DNA of 63,197 nucleotides, filler included, from Reticulomyxa filosa (lineage: Eukaryota; Protista; Foraminifera), in assembly GCA_000512085.1 (NCBI GenBank). It is 21 parts of 21 records of this genome, joined end to end, with 100 filler letters (N's around TTAATTAATTAA, not from the genome) between each part and the next. Parts side by side here need not be neighbours in the genome. Positions count along the whole stretch, not along the records: positions 1 to 12,144 come from ASPP01015692.1; positions 12,245 to 14,602 come from ASPP01001007.1; 19 more parts are not named here. One strand, 5' to 3'. Made by a program: the position numbers and the translations under genes. Under the pieces are notes generated by a model, which had not been told where the DNA came from, did not search any database, and worked only from the letters and a program-made list of their open reading frames with translations. This document shows positions 1 to 12,960 of this stretch, piece after piece; the first letter of the stretch is position 1; each line of letters starts with the position of its first letter.

Positions 1-130
1 CTTCATAAGTATTATTAGTTAAAGTTTTTTTTCCTTTTGAACTTAAAAAAAATGGGAGAAGAATGAGTTTCTCACGTCATTCAGGAATAAAATTAGACGA
101 TTTGTTACGCTTACTTTCTTTCTTATTACT

Positions 131-1642
131 GTGGGGTGTGTTTTTCTTTTTTTGTTACCTTCTTTTGGAGTAGATTTGCAGTCTTTGCTCTTGAGAAGAT
201 TAACTCCTTTGGATGAAACTGAAAAAACATTATTTCGTGATTACATTGGAAGTGAATTTGTAAGACGATGGAATGAAATGAGTGAAGAATGGAGAAGAGA
301 ATTGACAAAACATGAACCAAATGAAATAAGAAGAAATAAGGAAATATGTGTATATGCATTTGATAGAAAAGCAGGATTAGGAAATCGTTTTTATCGAATG
401 TCACAAATATATTATGTATCATATATCAATCAATGTATATTGGGAATACATTTAGGTTGGAATGGATGTGGAAATATATCAAAAGATGATGCAAATATAT
501 TTGGAGCAATTTGGAATGATGATTACAATAATGGTAATAATGTATATACAACAGGTTGGTATAGTCCATGGAGAAAAGAAGATAAATATTCCAATAATAT
601 TTTTACTTTTGAAAATATTTTTGAAAAATATGGAAATACTCCAGTTGTTGAATTAGAGCAATTTTTCAAAATTCCAAATACAATATTTTGGGGAAATACT
701 TCTTCACCTATTCATATTTCTCATTATCCTCCAAATCAATATTTTGGTAATTTATCTTTTTTTGATAATTATACCTATTCTTCTTCTTCTATTATTTATC
801 TAAAAGATCCTGATATTAATGATGATAAAATTTTTCTTGATATTCGCTATGATGGACATATGCAATATATGCCTATCACTCGATTTTATGGATTATTGGT
901 TACACAATTGAAATCATTATTTCGAGATATCGCTGTTCGATTTATTCAAAAGCATTTTACAAATTCTTTTGTTATTGGTGTTCATATTCGAACAGGTATA
1001 TTTATATATTTATATATTTATATATAATATTTATTTATAATATTTATATATAATATTTATTTCAAAGGAAATGGTGAAAAAATGAATCGACCAACATTAA
1101 AAAAAAATGAAATAATAAAACAATTAAATATATCAATTGGAGAGATAATAAAATGGCAATCATTAACAAAACAACAAATGGAATGCAAAATAAAATTATT
1201 TATAGCAACGGATTCAGAAAAGATAATTGAATTAATTCGTAATGCATCATTTGATTTATTAACAAAATATTGTAATAAATCATCAATACATACAATTATT
1301 TCTTTAAAACAAATTCGACCTCCTCAGGGACATGGACATGTATTCACTTCCAATTCTCAACAACACGTTCAACTTATGAAACGCGCTTTTTCAAATGATC
1401 CCAATACATGTATTTTGGGTGTTGTTTATCCTTATTTGGATATGGAATTGTTAGGTTTTACTGATTTCTTACTTCTTCCTGTTCAATCCACTTTCACTCG
1501 ATTGAGCTCCCTTCTTATCATCAAACGGCGCAAATCTATTTGTCGTGCTGTCTTCGTTAAAAGTAAACGTCTTCATCAATATCATTGCAAAAATTTCCAT
1601 TCTCAACAGACACACCACTTTATTATTCCTTCCAAGCCTTAA
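131..1642 (+). CDS. Fucosyltransferase superfamily protein (GT11/GT23/NodZ/O-FucT-like), type II membrane; 2 exons, intron 996-1067; true start uncertain
   Basis: Motifs AGLGNR, IGVHIRTG, LFIATDS and DMELLGFTDFLL..STF match alpha-1,2/1,6/O-fucosyltransferase motifs I-III. The GT..AG intron 996-1067 joins the two ORFs in frame (HIRTG-NGEKM). N-terminal hydrophobic anchor. Confidence 0.8.
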
Positions 1643-1911
1643 TTGTTCTGATCCTTCCATCTTTTTCATTTTTTTTACTTTTTCCTTTCTTTTCTTGATC
1701 GTTGTTAAAATAATACACAATGAAACAAATGAGGTTAATGTTCATATTATAGCAATTTGTATTATTCAAAAGCATTAAACATTAAACAAAGTATGTTTTT
1801 TTAGAAACAACTTATTTTTGACAAGTTTTTCTTGTAACAGCAATACACCAGCTACAGTTTCGTTGGGTGTTGTCCGAGCCTCGTGGCAAAAAAAAAAGGG
1901 GTTTTTATATA

Positions 1912-3184
1912 ATGTTTGAAAATCTATTCAAATTAAGCGGACCCAAACTTGTCGCTTTTTTTGCGACATTTGGTTGTTTGTTTTTTGGACTTGGTTGTTT
2001 CTTGAGCGGTGTATTAACGTCGGATGTGCATACACTGGCGTATTCCGGACAAAGAGACAAAATGATACTATTGGGTTTGTTGAACTCGGCGGAGACCACG
2101 AAAAAAGAGGAAGAAAAAGCCAAGCAAAACCAAACAACGACAACAAGCATAAAACTGGAGGACTGGTTCACACCTACACGAGTGCGACTAATGCGTAAGC
2201 AAGGACTAACGACATGCCCGTATTGGGAAGACATATGTGTATACAACCAGCAGTTTTACGTGCACAACCAATCAAATACGTTCGAATTGAAATATGCATT
2301 TTGGGACATTTTGGGACAATTGGTGGACATATCTCGATCGGTGGAACTAAGCAATGAGATCTTTGAGAGTTTTTTCCGAGCAAAGGTGTGGAACGAGACA
2401 ACGAACGAATACGCACGTGCAGAGTGTACGTACCATCCAGTAATGAACCACATGATAATCGAGGATCGGTACATGACAATGTTGGGCGAGTTTTTTATCC
2501 GCGTGATGCGTTTTATGTACTATTATTACGAGCAAGCGAAGCTATTCGATGAAAACATGCAGTTGTGGGTAATCATGCAAGACGATTCGCCGTTGTTTAC
2601 ATTCCATCATCTGTTCTTGGAAAAATATTCGCATCACAGCGTGCAGCATATCGACAACATGCTCAACCATCTCAGTTGCAGATGCTTCCATCGTCTGTTC
2701 ATGTGCGGCTTCAAACTGCAATATAACTCCACCTCCGACACGAACTGGATACAGCCGTGGAGCAATCCCACGTTTGAAACGCAGCGCTTGTTCCCCGCCA
2801 CCATTAATACACTCAACGCTTGGGTCGATCGCGTCGATATCTACTTGCAACGAGACACTTTGAAATACAAAATCGAACGACTCAAAAGTATTGTCGTGTC
2901 TGACTCCAGAGTCGAAGCACGTCACGATGACAATTCCATGTCCGTGCCTGTATCTCTGTCCCAACACTATGTCGGACCCGACAAGTGGAGGCTCATCGGC
3001 TTCTATCAAAGGAAGGTACGGCGTCAATGGGTCAATTTGGCCACCATCATCGAACAGTGCAATCAAAAGTACAATCGCTTCTTCATTGCCTGCGATATTG
3101 TCCTTTTGGAAGGCTATTTGCACTCTCGAGACGTTGTCATCAAACATCGCATTTTTGATATGCTCGTTGGCATTCATGGTCACT

Positions 3185-3219
<35 letters not shown>

Positions 3220-3698
3220 GTATACACATATATGTACATATATGTGTATATATGGACACATGTATATGGACAGGGGCACATTTGCAAGATGCAGTTTGGA
3301 TGAAACAAAATGGATCCTATATCATTGAATTAATGCCGTTTGATGCGGCTCCATGGTCAAGCAATTTGCACGAACCCACATTGGTTGGAATGACATTTTG
3401 GAACACTCAATTCAATTATGTTGGGCTGCAATTACCCAATGATAGTATTGTTTGGAGTAGCCAATGGGAACAAAAGCGCCAAGACTGGTCCAGAAGAAAT
3501 TTCAGAGTAGATTGGCATACGCTCAGCGATGTCATTGATTTTTTAATGGTTGAAAAAGGTGGTATTTGCAATGTCTTCAAATCCGGTGCTCACGTTCAAG
3601 TGCCAAAACACATTCGCGATTATGGCTTTGCTGTTTTTAATGCTTTTTGTCCTGGAGACGAACGAGCTTATCACCAAACAAAAGAAAAGATAGGCTAA
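1912..3698 (+). CDS. Glycosyltransferase family 61 (DUF563)-like type II membrane protein; intron 3179-3273
   Basis: Splicing gives LVGIHGAHLQDAVWM...IIELMP, matching the GT61 VGxHGAGLxNxxFM..VIE signature. TM anchor follows ATG 1912. Confidence 0.8.
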
Positions 3699-4184
3699 TT
3701 CTCTCTCTATCTCACTTACTCTATTTTAAACCTTTGAAACTTTTTTCATCTTATCTTTGTGTTCCTAGAAACAAAATTTAATTATAAGAAAACATCTTCC
3801 TTAATGGGAGGGGTTCGTATTTCCGTTTTTTTTTTTTTGTTCTTGCACAAATAAAAAAGTGTTACAAAAATTGGGCGAGTTAATTTTTTTGCTCTTAACA
3901 CAGCTTATTTTTTTATCATTTAACCGAATACTTTGTGATAACACGCATTTTGAGCATACGTGAACATGAGAGAATATATTGTTTGAGGGTGTCGAATATT
4001 TGGGTTAATCGTTTGTTTTGCAATGTTTTTTTTTTGGAAACAGTTGAAAAAACAACTGAAACATTTGTTGTTTTTTTTTAACTGCGCAAAAAAAGTAAAC
4101 AGTCAATCAAAGCTTGTCTAAAAATGATAATGCAAACAATAGCCAAATACATTAAAGGTACGTCTAATAGCAAAAAAAATTTCA

Positions 4185-6718
4185 CTATAACCCGTTTACG
4201 AGCGATAAAGATAAGCTAGCAGAGAGCTCAGCGGAAGACGTTAACTTTTGATATAATAACGCAACAACATCTTCGCTGTCAATCTTGTCACATAGATGAT
4301 GCATTTTGGAGATATGTTCATCACTAGTATTATACCATTGCCCATCCCGGGGGTTTCTCACTGTCGCAGTCTGTACACTCAAAGGAATAGGAAAAAAATA
4401 GTGAAAAGCAAAATGACGGTGAAAATTTTTTTTAAATAAAATGGTGGAAGCACAAAACGTAGTGTCCAAAAAAAGGAGTCCCAGAATGATTGATAATTGA
4501 AATAATTTCGTATTTTTCACTGCCAATTGTCAGGTTGAATGGACACCGCAATGTACATTTAATTTTTCGCATGGATTGATCAAGGTGGATTCGTTCCAAT
4601 GGAATTATTAATATTTCTGGTAAAATTAACATCTTTTTTTGTAAGATTGCAATGGGCCTTTTGCTATTATTATGTAGCAGTGCAAATGTGCGCTTTAACT
4701 TTTTTTAGTGTTAAGTGTCCTTATGGATACGTCAGATTGAAACAACACAATTACACTCCTACTTATCTTTTCACTTAACGTGTGTACACACTGTTTGCAT
4801 TCAAATGCGATTTCTTCTGCATTGCACCACTCTGATGTCTCAAACAAGTTTATGCACTGTTCCAACGACTCGCACTTTAAGAAACAAACAATTAAGATAT
4901 TTATGTTACGCTTTGCACAACCGAACATTTTTGACAACAAAAATAAAAGAAAAAACTGTTTTGGGTGTCCTAGAATTATTGCAGTAAGGCAATAAATTTT
5001 TGATAATATCCTGCTGAATTTTTTGTTGTATTTTTTTCGGTGAATTTTTCAATTGTTGTATCAATCCCTCACGAACTCCCGAGGTGGTGAGACAATGCCA
5101 TGTCTTTTTTAACTCCAAAAACGCATGAATTTTAGGGTCTTTTACGATTTCAAAAATTTCCTGTTGATTACTATTATTGTAAAGCGTTTCACACGAATGA
5201 AATCCCAAACGGAGGTTAGAAAAAATCAATTCCACTAAGTCTTTGTTCCATTGCACTCCCTTATATTTTATTGTATTTTGAATTCCCTTATCAAGCACAC
5301 TCCAGATTTTCAATGTAGTAATTGAAAAGGGAAATCAAAGAAAAAGGGGAGTGGTTATGCAAACTGAATTGATTTGCAAAGGAGCACTTCGGTATTGCAT
5401 TTCATCCAAAGCTTTGGACTTTTCAAGGATGTGCCGTAAAGTAGATCTTTGCGCTTGCCAAGTTTGAATATTAGTATCTTTCTTCCAATTTTTTACAAGT
5501 AAAGGAAGTGGCATGTCAATTTTCAGAGCCAAATCAATTAGTACGAAGGAATCAATTAACAGATGAAACATTGCTTCCGTTTTTAGTTCTGGTGCAATAT
5601 CTAAACTCTCAAAAAACCAAGGAACTTCTGACTCGAAACTTGAGTCCACCAACACAGCCGAGTCGGAACTCAACCGAAATTTGTCCATGTCACCAATTCT
5701 CTTGTTGTTGATAATAATGAACGGACGACAATTACCCGAGGATTTCCAACCTGAAATGTTGCTAAGAAACATACTCTATTTTTTATTTTGTTTTGTTATT
5801 GACTGACCAAGGCTTTTTTTTTCAATAAAAAAAAAATTGTATTTGTTCCATTTGATGGTTCTCAACTAAAGACATATCTTTCTCGCTATTTTCCAGGTGA
5901 GCACGATACAATTGAATGACATTGCCTGCTAATGAGGACTTTTTTTCAACGATCCAAATTGCTATGCTGTTTGGATTGTTCGGAGCCACAGGCACGTCCA
6001 AAACAAACAAAGTGTGTTTTGGACTTACGCACTTGTTAATTGGATACGTATTGTCGCAAAGAGTAAATTTCACAGATGCCTGGTGCAAGTCAATGTGCAT
6101 CGCATAGATAGAAGCGACACTGCTATACTGAATTGCAGCTTGACTCATGGCAGCAGCTGCCAATGTTGCAATGGTGGGATAGCTCTTCATCTTTACTGTA
6201 ACTTTTTCTTGTGTGGACAGAATCAGTACAGTAAAGCTCCACTCTTCATATTTAAGATTCAAAGAGCTTGGGAAACCTAGTGACAATTCGTAGTTGTGCC
6301 TTTTGGATTGACAAATACCACACGTTTCCTAGGTTTTCACAAAAGGAAAAAATAAACTTTTGGAGTGTGTACGTGAGGAATGGGATACGTATTGCCACAA
6401 GGAGGAAAAAAACAAATGTATGTTGTTTCTTTTGCACTAAACGACAGTATCCCAAAGTCCAATGAAGTACTTCGAGACCACATCATTGGCCTTTGTTAGG
6501 AACTCGTCAAAAAATTTTTGAGGATAATCTTCATCAGATATGTAAAGATTTGATCGCTGTTCTAGCATAGGATATGAAGAGGGATCGTAAAATGACTTTC
6601 GAAGCATGAGTAGCATGGTATTGAGACACACCCATGAATCTTCTTGCCTTTTTTCATAATAGCGTGTATTATACTCACACAGCTTCTTAAATAGCCTCTG
6701 TGGAGAGTATGATTTGTT

Positions 6719-6750
<32 letters not shown>

Positions 6751-7500
6751 TGGTTTTGTTTGTTTATTTGGTTTAGCGTTGTTCAAATGAAACAAAACTG
6801 CCAGATTTCATTTGGGCAAAGAAATCTTTTAATATCTTCACAAGTTCATTGTGTTTATTATCATTTGATGTCATTAAACAATTAACGAACTCTTGGCATT
6901 GTGCCAAAGACTACATTTTTTTTGAGGTTTGTTATTTTATTTATTATCAAGTATAAAAAAAACAAAAAACAAAGTTTTTTATACCTGTAATGCACTGTTG
7001 AAAAAGCAAGTGTTGCCAAGATTCTTCAGTCCTATCAATCCATTATTTTTTTTTGCATAATTTTCAGCAGCAAGTACCACCTGCGATGTTCCACTAGTCA
7101 ATTTCTCGGCACTTGCAAAAAGATATTTAAACAAAAAAAAAAAAAAGAGACAAATTTAATTTGTCGCTGTAGTTTTTACTTTGACGTGAAAACAAGTTTG
7201 TAGCCTTACCTATAAATGTATTGCAACGGTTTTGACACCGCTCGAGCTTCTACGGATTCAACCTAAGAGTTTGGAGCCAAGCAACAAAAAGTAGAGTCAA
7301 TAAAGCAGGCATGAATAAAAATTTGAAAGAAAAAAAAATTGTGTGCTGAACCAGGTCACAAGGATCTGCTACGCCCTTTTCTAACAATAAAATCTGCTGA
7401 TTGTGCCTCTCTTGAAAATCTGAAAAGCCTCTGCTAATGTTAGCGCATGTGAATGCCGTCCTGGTATATTGGCATTGATTACCGAGGATAGTGTCAGAGG
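4185..7500 (-). CDS. Ubiquitin-specific protease (peptidase C19), multi-exon; 5' end approximate
   Basis: Cys box GLIGLKNLGNTCFFNSALQ at ~6985-7041 (absent from the ORF track), QEDS motif ~6640, SLEQCINLF..ECKQC zinc finger, LPEILIIPLER, His box IINHSGTPFFGHYV and WYNTSDEHI. Confidence 0.88.
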
Positions 7501-8105
7501 AAAGAAGTGGTGAATTCAGAAGAGTCTAGCTATTCCCCCACCCCGTACTCCACTTTCTTATACAAATTGCACAGACGTTGGCTTTTTTTTAACCTTATCA
7601 GCCTTTAAGTGTACACCATTTTGTCCACGTCTAAATGTGAATCGCATACTTAACCAATCGAAAAACAAGATCATTTTTTCAAATAGTTTGCAAAAAACGC
7701 TCATTTTAGGAGGTCTTTTCAACTCGGTCAAACGAATTAAAAAAGGGTAGTATTTTTGCTTAGACTCATGCAATGAGTTATTTACAAATGTAAAAAAATT
7801 TTGCTTGGTATCAAAAATAGTGCTACGATATATTAGATATGATTATTGTGAAAAGTTTATTGTGATTAGTTTTCAGAACAAGTGAATTAAATTCTAAAAG
7901 GACAAGGAAATATTACAAAGAAAACAGTGTTAACTTGAGAGAAAGCAAAGAAGTATCGTTAGTGTTCTACCGTTCAACAAAAAGAACGATATTTCACTAT
8001 AGAAAAATGCATGAGTGAAAGTGTACTTCCACCTCAAAAAAAAAAAAAAAAAAAGAAAATATTTGTAAGTGAAATGCAACTGAAAGAGTGAGAAGACTTT
8101 TCGAA

Positions 8106-10125
8106 ATGGGAGAACCCTCACGAGATGTCATGAGTCAGGCTTCATCTATCTTGTCTTATCCATCTTGGAGCAATGTCTCCGACTGGTTTTCTGAAAAGAT
8201 ATCGAATCGCAAGCAGACGATAGCAATATGTGTGATGGCCTGTGTGATGACAGCAGGCACTTGTTACTACCTGCAGAAACAGCGAAATAATATGTTAGGC
8301 CCGACATTGGTGTCGTCCACAAACGACACGCCCAGTAATTTAAGTGAGAGAAGAAATATAGATAGCAATAATCAGAGAAACGAAAGAAGTGAGGAGTCAA
8401 GAAAGCACCAGCAACAGCAAAGAGAATTGCACGCCAAAATCCAAAAGCTACGACATCAGCTATTGGGAGATATACGTCAATCGACAGCGAAAAGATACTC
8501 TCTGCTAGGAAAGGGTGGAGGAATCGGATTAAATGGAGCGCAGGGCCATTCCATGAGCCGTCGCGTGAGCGGAGTGCAAATAACGGCGTCGAACACATCA
8601 CCGGCATTGGCACCCTCGGTTGAAATGGGCGATGACTTGTATCAGCAAAATATACAAATGTTGGACGAGCTGATCAAGCTATGTATGCCTATGGAGAACG
8701 AGAGACACGCACAAGGAAATGGAAATAACGAATCGCAGGAAATCGATACGGACGACGAATATAAGGAGTTGTTGTTGTTGAATCAAGAGGTGACACAAGA
8801 GTTGCAGAAAGAGGTGGTGAAAGTGATGAAAGAGACGGGAATGCAACCGACCAGTCGTCTTCAACTCTTTGATAACGACAGCAATGAGATTGCAGACAAG
8901 AATAGCGATGTCAAAGACTCGACCACCGCGCCGTCGTCTCCGACTCATAGAAGGCTATCTGCACGATTGTCTTCCAGAGATACATTACAAAGTAATCACA
9001 CGAGACGGTGTGTGTGTGTGTGTGTATGTGATTTCATATGTTATCGTGTCATATACATATACATATATATGTCGTATGTCATATCGCGTATATTATTTAT
9101 TATATCATACCATATATACATATATATACATATACATATACATATATATATTTTTTTTTTTTGACTCATTATAAAAAAAAAAAACACGGATATAATATTT
9201 ACAAATAAACAGACACAGTGCAACGGTAACAATATTGGATGTAGTAAACAACACAACAAAACAAATCGAACAAAAAGATCAATCAATGAAACAACATCAT
9301 CGATATATCAAAGACGCATACAAGGATTTGACCAAAAGTAAAAGTCAAAAAAAGGATGCAAACACCAAAAAAAACAAATCTCAAAAAAAAAAAAAGGAAG
9401 CAACGAAAGAAAATGCAAACACTCCAACACCGAAACGAAAAAACACAAAGAAAACGGTAGTATCCAGTCGCGAATTGCCACGAATGAGCTCTGCGGGGAG
9501 CGACTTCACTGACTTGGATGTCGCAACGCCCAAACTCGGGCCTGTCAATCCTCGCGAACGCAATGACAGCATGGAGGACATCAAGGCCAATGACACTCAA
9601 CACTTGGGTCGCACCGAAACACTATCTTATCTTCCCACAATGGAGGACGTGACAGATTATATGACACAACGCACCGATTTATTTGCAAAAAAACTGGCAA
9701 TGATGGACCTTGTCGACGAAATGAACCGTCGAGAAAGCGACGAAGAACTCGTCGAAAAGACAAAGACAAAGACACGCAAGGCAAAAAAAAAACCTCTAAA
9801 TTATTGGCACGTCTCTTCTCCGGGTAATCCTGATATCCCTCACACCAATGCCTACACCGCAACTGCTATGACCGCTCGAAGCAGTGGCCACAACACCGGC
9901 TTGGTGCCCGCAAGCATTCGTTCCAATCGCTTCCATTCACACAATGACAGTGTTCGCAGCATTAGTCGCACCATGGACGACTTGGAATCAGAACATTCCC
10001 TGGTTGCTGCTGATTCGGTTCCTGAAAAAAACGCCACTCATGGTCGAGCGCGAAGTTATAGTGACACTGCTAGGGAAGTCACTTGGATCTTCCAAGAAAT
10101 GAAAACTCAAAAACCTACTGGATAA
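8106..10125 (+). CDS. Hypothetical protein with N-terminal TM/signal anchor, coiled coils and low-complexity Ser/Lys-rich regions; intron ~9008-9218
   Basis: Two long ORFs are joined in frame by a GT..AG intron filled with (GT)/(AT) repeats. Hydrophobic stretch IAICVMACVMTAGTCYYL. No recognised domain. Confidence 0.65.
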
Positions 10126-11346
10126 CTACCTTTTCATTTTTTTTCTTGTTTATGTAAATGTTGAAGCGTTGTTTCTTACTTTGTCTTTTCCTTGTTTGTT
10201 TGTTTCACCAAAAACACTTTCAAAATTAAAAAAATTACTGAACAGTACATTATTTTCTTCCTCAGTTCTTATTTCTAATAATCATAGTAAATCATTTGTA
10301 ATTTTGCAATCTGTTTCAATCTGTTGGTCTCATTTGCAAATAAAAGGTCTTTTGTAATAGTAACAGTGTTATCAAAACTGCGTGTGTTAAAAGGTCGCGT
10401 GGTCATGACCCATTTAGCTTTTTTTACAAAAGTGAAACCAGATTTTCCAATCACGCAGCTTTAATTTAACAGGTGTCCAATAATGTTTGATTTATGATTG
10501 CGTATTCTTTTTAAAAACATTACTTTTGTCACTGTATTTTTTAAGATAAACGTGAAAACGTATTTTTCACTATAGTTGTCAAATTAGCTAATTTCATAAG
10601 TAACTAATATGTTTGACTGTAAGAAGAATAAATTATTTGTTCGGAAAAAGTTTTAAAAAGTGTCATGAATGTGCTTTTTTTGTGACCCATACATTTATAT
10701 TTAAAAATTAAACATAATATTATATATTTACAAAATATGAATATCCAGTTTAATGAATATTATTATTTATTCTTATAGTTGATAAAAAAACTAAATGATA
10801 CTCCAATGAACATACAAAACACTTTTTAAAAATTTTTATCAAACAAGTAATGTATCATTCCAAATCCGTTTTATTTTTAAACTTATTTTTTAATTTGCTA
10901 AAATATTTTTGTATTCTTAAATCTTTTTGAATGTGTTGATAGCAATTTCTCAAACAAAAAACATTTTTGTAAAGCTGCAGCATAACAAACAATAGTCTTA
11001 AAACGTACGAGGAATACACATCAATGCGTTGGAATTTCGGTAGAGATTTATGGATTATATTTTTTCAGTTTATACATTAATTATGTTTCTCGTTGTAAAA
11101 ATTGATTGGGATATCAAATCTATTTAAAAAAGCTGCACTTATCAGCGTTTTCCCAACTTTTTAAGTACAATTGTATTTATCTACAACTTTTGCTTTTGTG
11201 CACGGCACACTGCGTAACTAAAAGTTGTTTTTTTGCCGGTAACTGAAAGTAAGGGGAAACGCAAATTGGTGGATTTTTTTTTTTCTACAAGAATTATTTA
11301 AACGTGGAAAAGATTATTCCATTGAGCAGTGAAAGATCAAGAAAGA

Positions 11347-12144
11347 ATGTCCTCACAATCGACATTTCCGGCAGCAAGTCTAACCCAAAAAGATATTCGT
11401 CCTCGTTGCTATTTGGAATTCAAACAAGTAAGAACAACAGTGTGATCTGTCTTTGTAAAAAAAAAAAGCGCACTAAGAAAACATTAAAAATGAGTGAATA
11501 AAAAAAAAGAATCGGCGTAAGTTGGGAAGAGTGGTAGTAGAATTGTTCAATGACATAGTCCCCAAAACAGTGGAAAATTTCCGGTGCCTATGCACCGGCG
11601 AAAAATCCAAGCCATTGTACTACAAAGGGAACTTGGTTCATCGCATAATAAAAGACTTTATGATCCAAATGGGCGACTTTGAACACAACGATGGAACGGG
11701 AGGGTTTTCAATTTATGGAGAATCTTTCGAAGATGAAAACTTCAAATTGAGACACGACAAACCCTATTTGCTATCAATGGCAAATAAAGGAAAAAACACA
11801 AACGGCTCTCAGTTTTTTATAACGACGGTGGAATGTCCCCATTTAAATAACAAACATGTTGTGTTTGGACATATTGTGTCCGGTTACGAGGTCGTCAAGC
11901 TCTTGGAAAATACCTTGACTGACCCGGAAACTAATCGTCCCATTTCTCCCATAATCATTAGCAAGTGTGGAGAGCTTGTTTTGATTAAGAAAAACGCGCC
12001 CGTCCCTCCCACTCACAATGCTGTTGGAGATGCGCTCTCAGCCGACCCGGCTGTCATTCCTTCCAAAGACACCGCTGTCTTGGACTCGCAGCAGGAACAC
12101 GACAAGAGTAAGAGTAAAAGTAAGAGTAAAAGTAAAAGTAAAAG
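11347..12144 (+). CDS. Cyclophilin-type PPIase, PPIG/SR-cyclophilin-like; intron 11428-11509; 3' end truncated by contig end
   Basis: The spliced N-terminus reads [42 protein letters not shown]. Further motifs [34 protein letters not shown] and [10 protein letters not shown], followed by a K/S-repeat tail. Confidence 0.92.
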
Positions 12145-12244
12145 NNNNNNNNNNNNNNNNNNNNNNNNNNNNNNNNNNNNNNNNNNNNTTAATTAATTAA
12201 NNNNNNNNNNNNNNNNNNNNNNNNNNNNNNNNNNNNNNNNNNNN
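12145..12244. other. Artificial contig linker (N44-TTAATTAATTAA-N44), first of 20
   Basis: The identical 100-bp spacer starts at 12145, 14603, 16374, 18976, 23105, 25123, 26898, 28405, 32242, 34317, 36054, 43604, 45585, 46738, 50151, 51359, 52495, 54237, 59591 and 61100. The core has stops in all six frames, and sequence content changes abruptly across linkers. Confidence 0.98.
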
Positions 12245-12960
12245 TTGATAATACCAATTATCATTTTCTTTTTTGAATCCAATAATTTCTAATTCATTTT
12301 CCATACTTATTAATACTTGATTAAAATCTGCACCTAATGTATGACATTTTTTGGATAAATAGTTGTATAAAGCTTGTTTGTGAATTTTACGATATTTGAT
12401 ATGTTTAGGATATTTTAAAATATTCCACAAAATATGCAAACACATTTCTCGATGTATTTTTAATTCATTTTCTTCTTGAGGCCTATAAAATCATTTTTTT
12501 TTGTTTTATTTTATAGCAATGTATGTACACTTCATATGCATTTAACTCATTTAAATTGGATGTTGCACAAATCTCTTGTAATTTATAGTATGTATCGACA
12601 AATATTTGATTGTAATTGTTCCATATTTGTAATATTGTTGTTTTTTCAATTTTACTGCCAAAATACTTGAATAAAGTCAGCAGATGATGTTGTTGTAAAT
12701 TTGTAGTATTACAAAACATGTTGATGATGTTTATTATTTAAAAAAAGAAAAGAAAATAGATAGAAATTTTTTATTACGTGTTTTCTGTTAGCCATGCTAA
12801 AACATTCTTGGTCTTTTCAACATTCTGATTAAACCATTTTAATGCATCTGAAATGATCTCTCCATTTATTTGGGAGAATGTTTGTTGAAGTTGTTCAAGC
12901 ATGACGATAAAGTTAACTTCAAAAAACCCTTCTTTTTTTATTTTGAAGACTTGACCTAGA
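12245..12960 (-). CDS. CUE-like + PUB domain protein family member (multi-exon, truncated by contig end; may be a pseudogene)
   Basis: PUB-like LHILWNILKYPKHIKYRKI...LEIIGFKK. Upstream exons LEQLQQTFSQINGEIISDALKWFNQNVEKTKNVL and a second similar helical unit. Paralog at 16474-17110. Confidence 0.65.

Noticed and set aside
2542-3183. Long antisense or alternate-frame ORFs (also 8146-8613, 30971-31408, 34732-35169, 40312-40710, 54289-54723, 55051-55572)
   Set aside because: They are shadows of better-supported genes on the other strand or of low-complexity repeats, and carry no motifs of their own.
7465-7490. LGNQCQY on the minus strand as the USP Cys box
   Set aside because: A canonical Cys box (GLKNLGNTCFFNSALQ) lies at ~6985-7041.
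12189-12200. Recurrent TTAATTAATTAA palindrome as a biological repeat or CRISPR-like array
   Set aside because: It is always centred in exactly 44+44 Ns, so it is an artificial all-frame-stop linker. Adjacency across linkers carries no meaning, and ORFs ending in X..LIN are artefacts.
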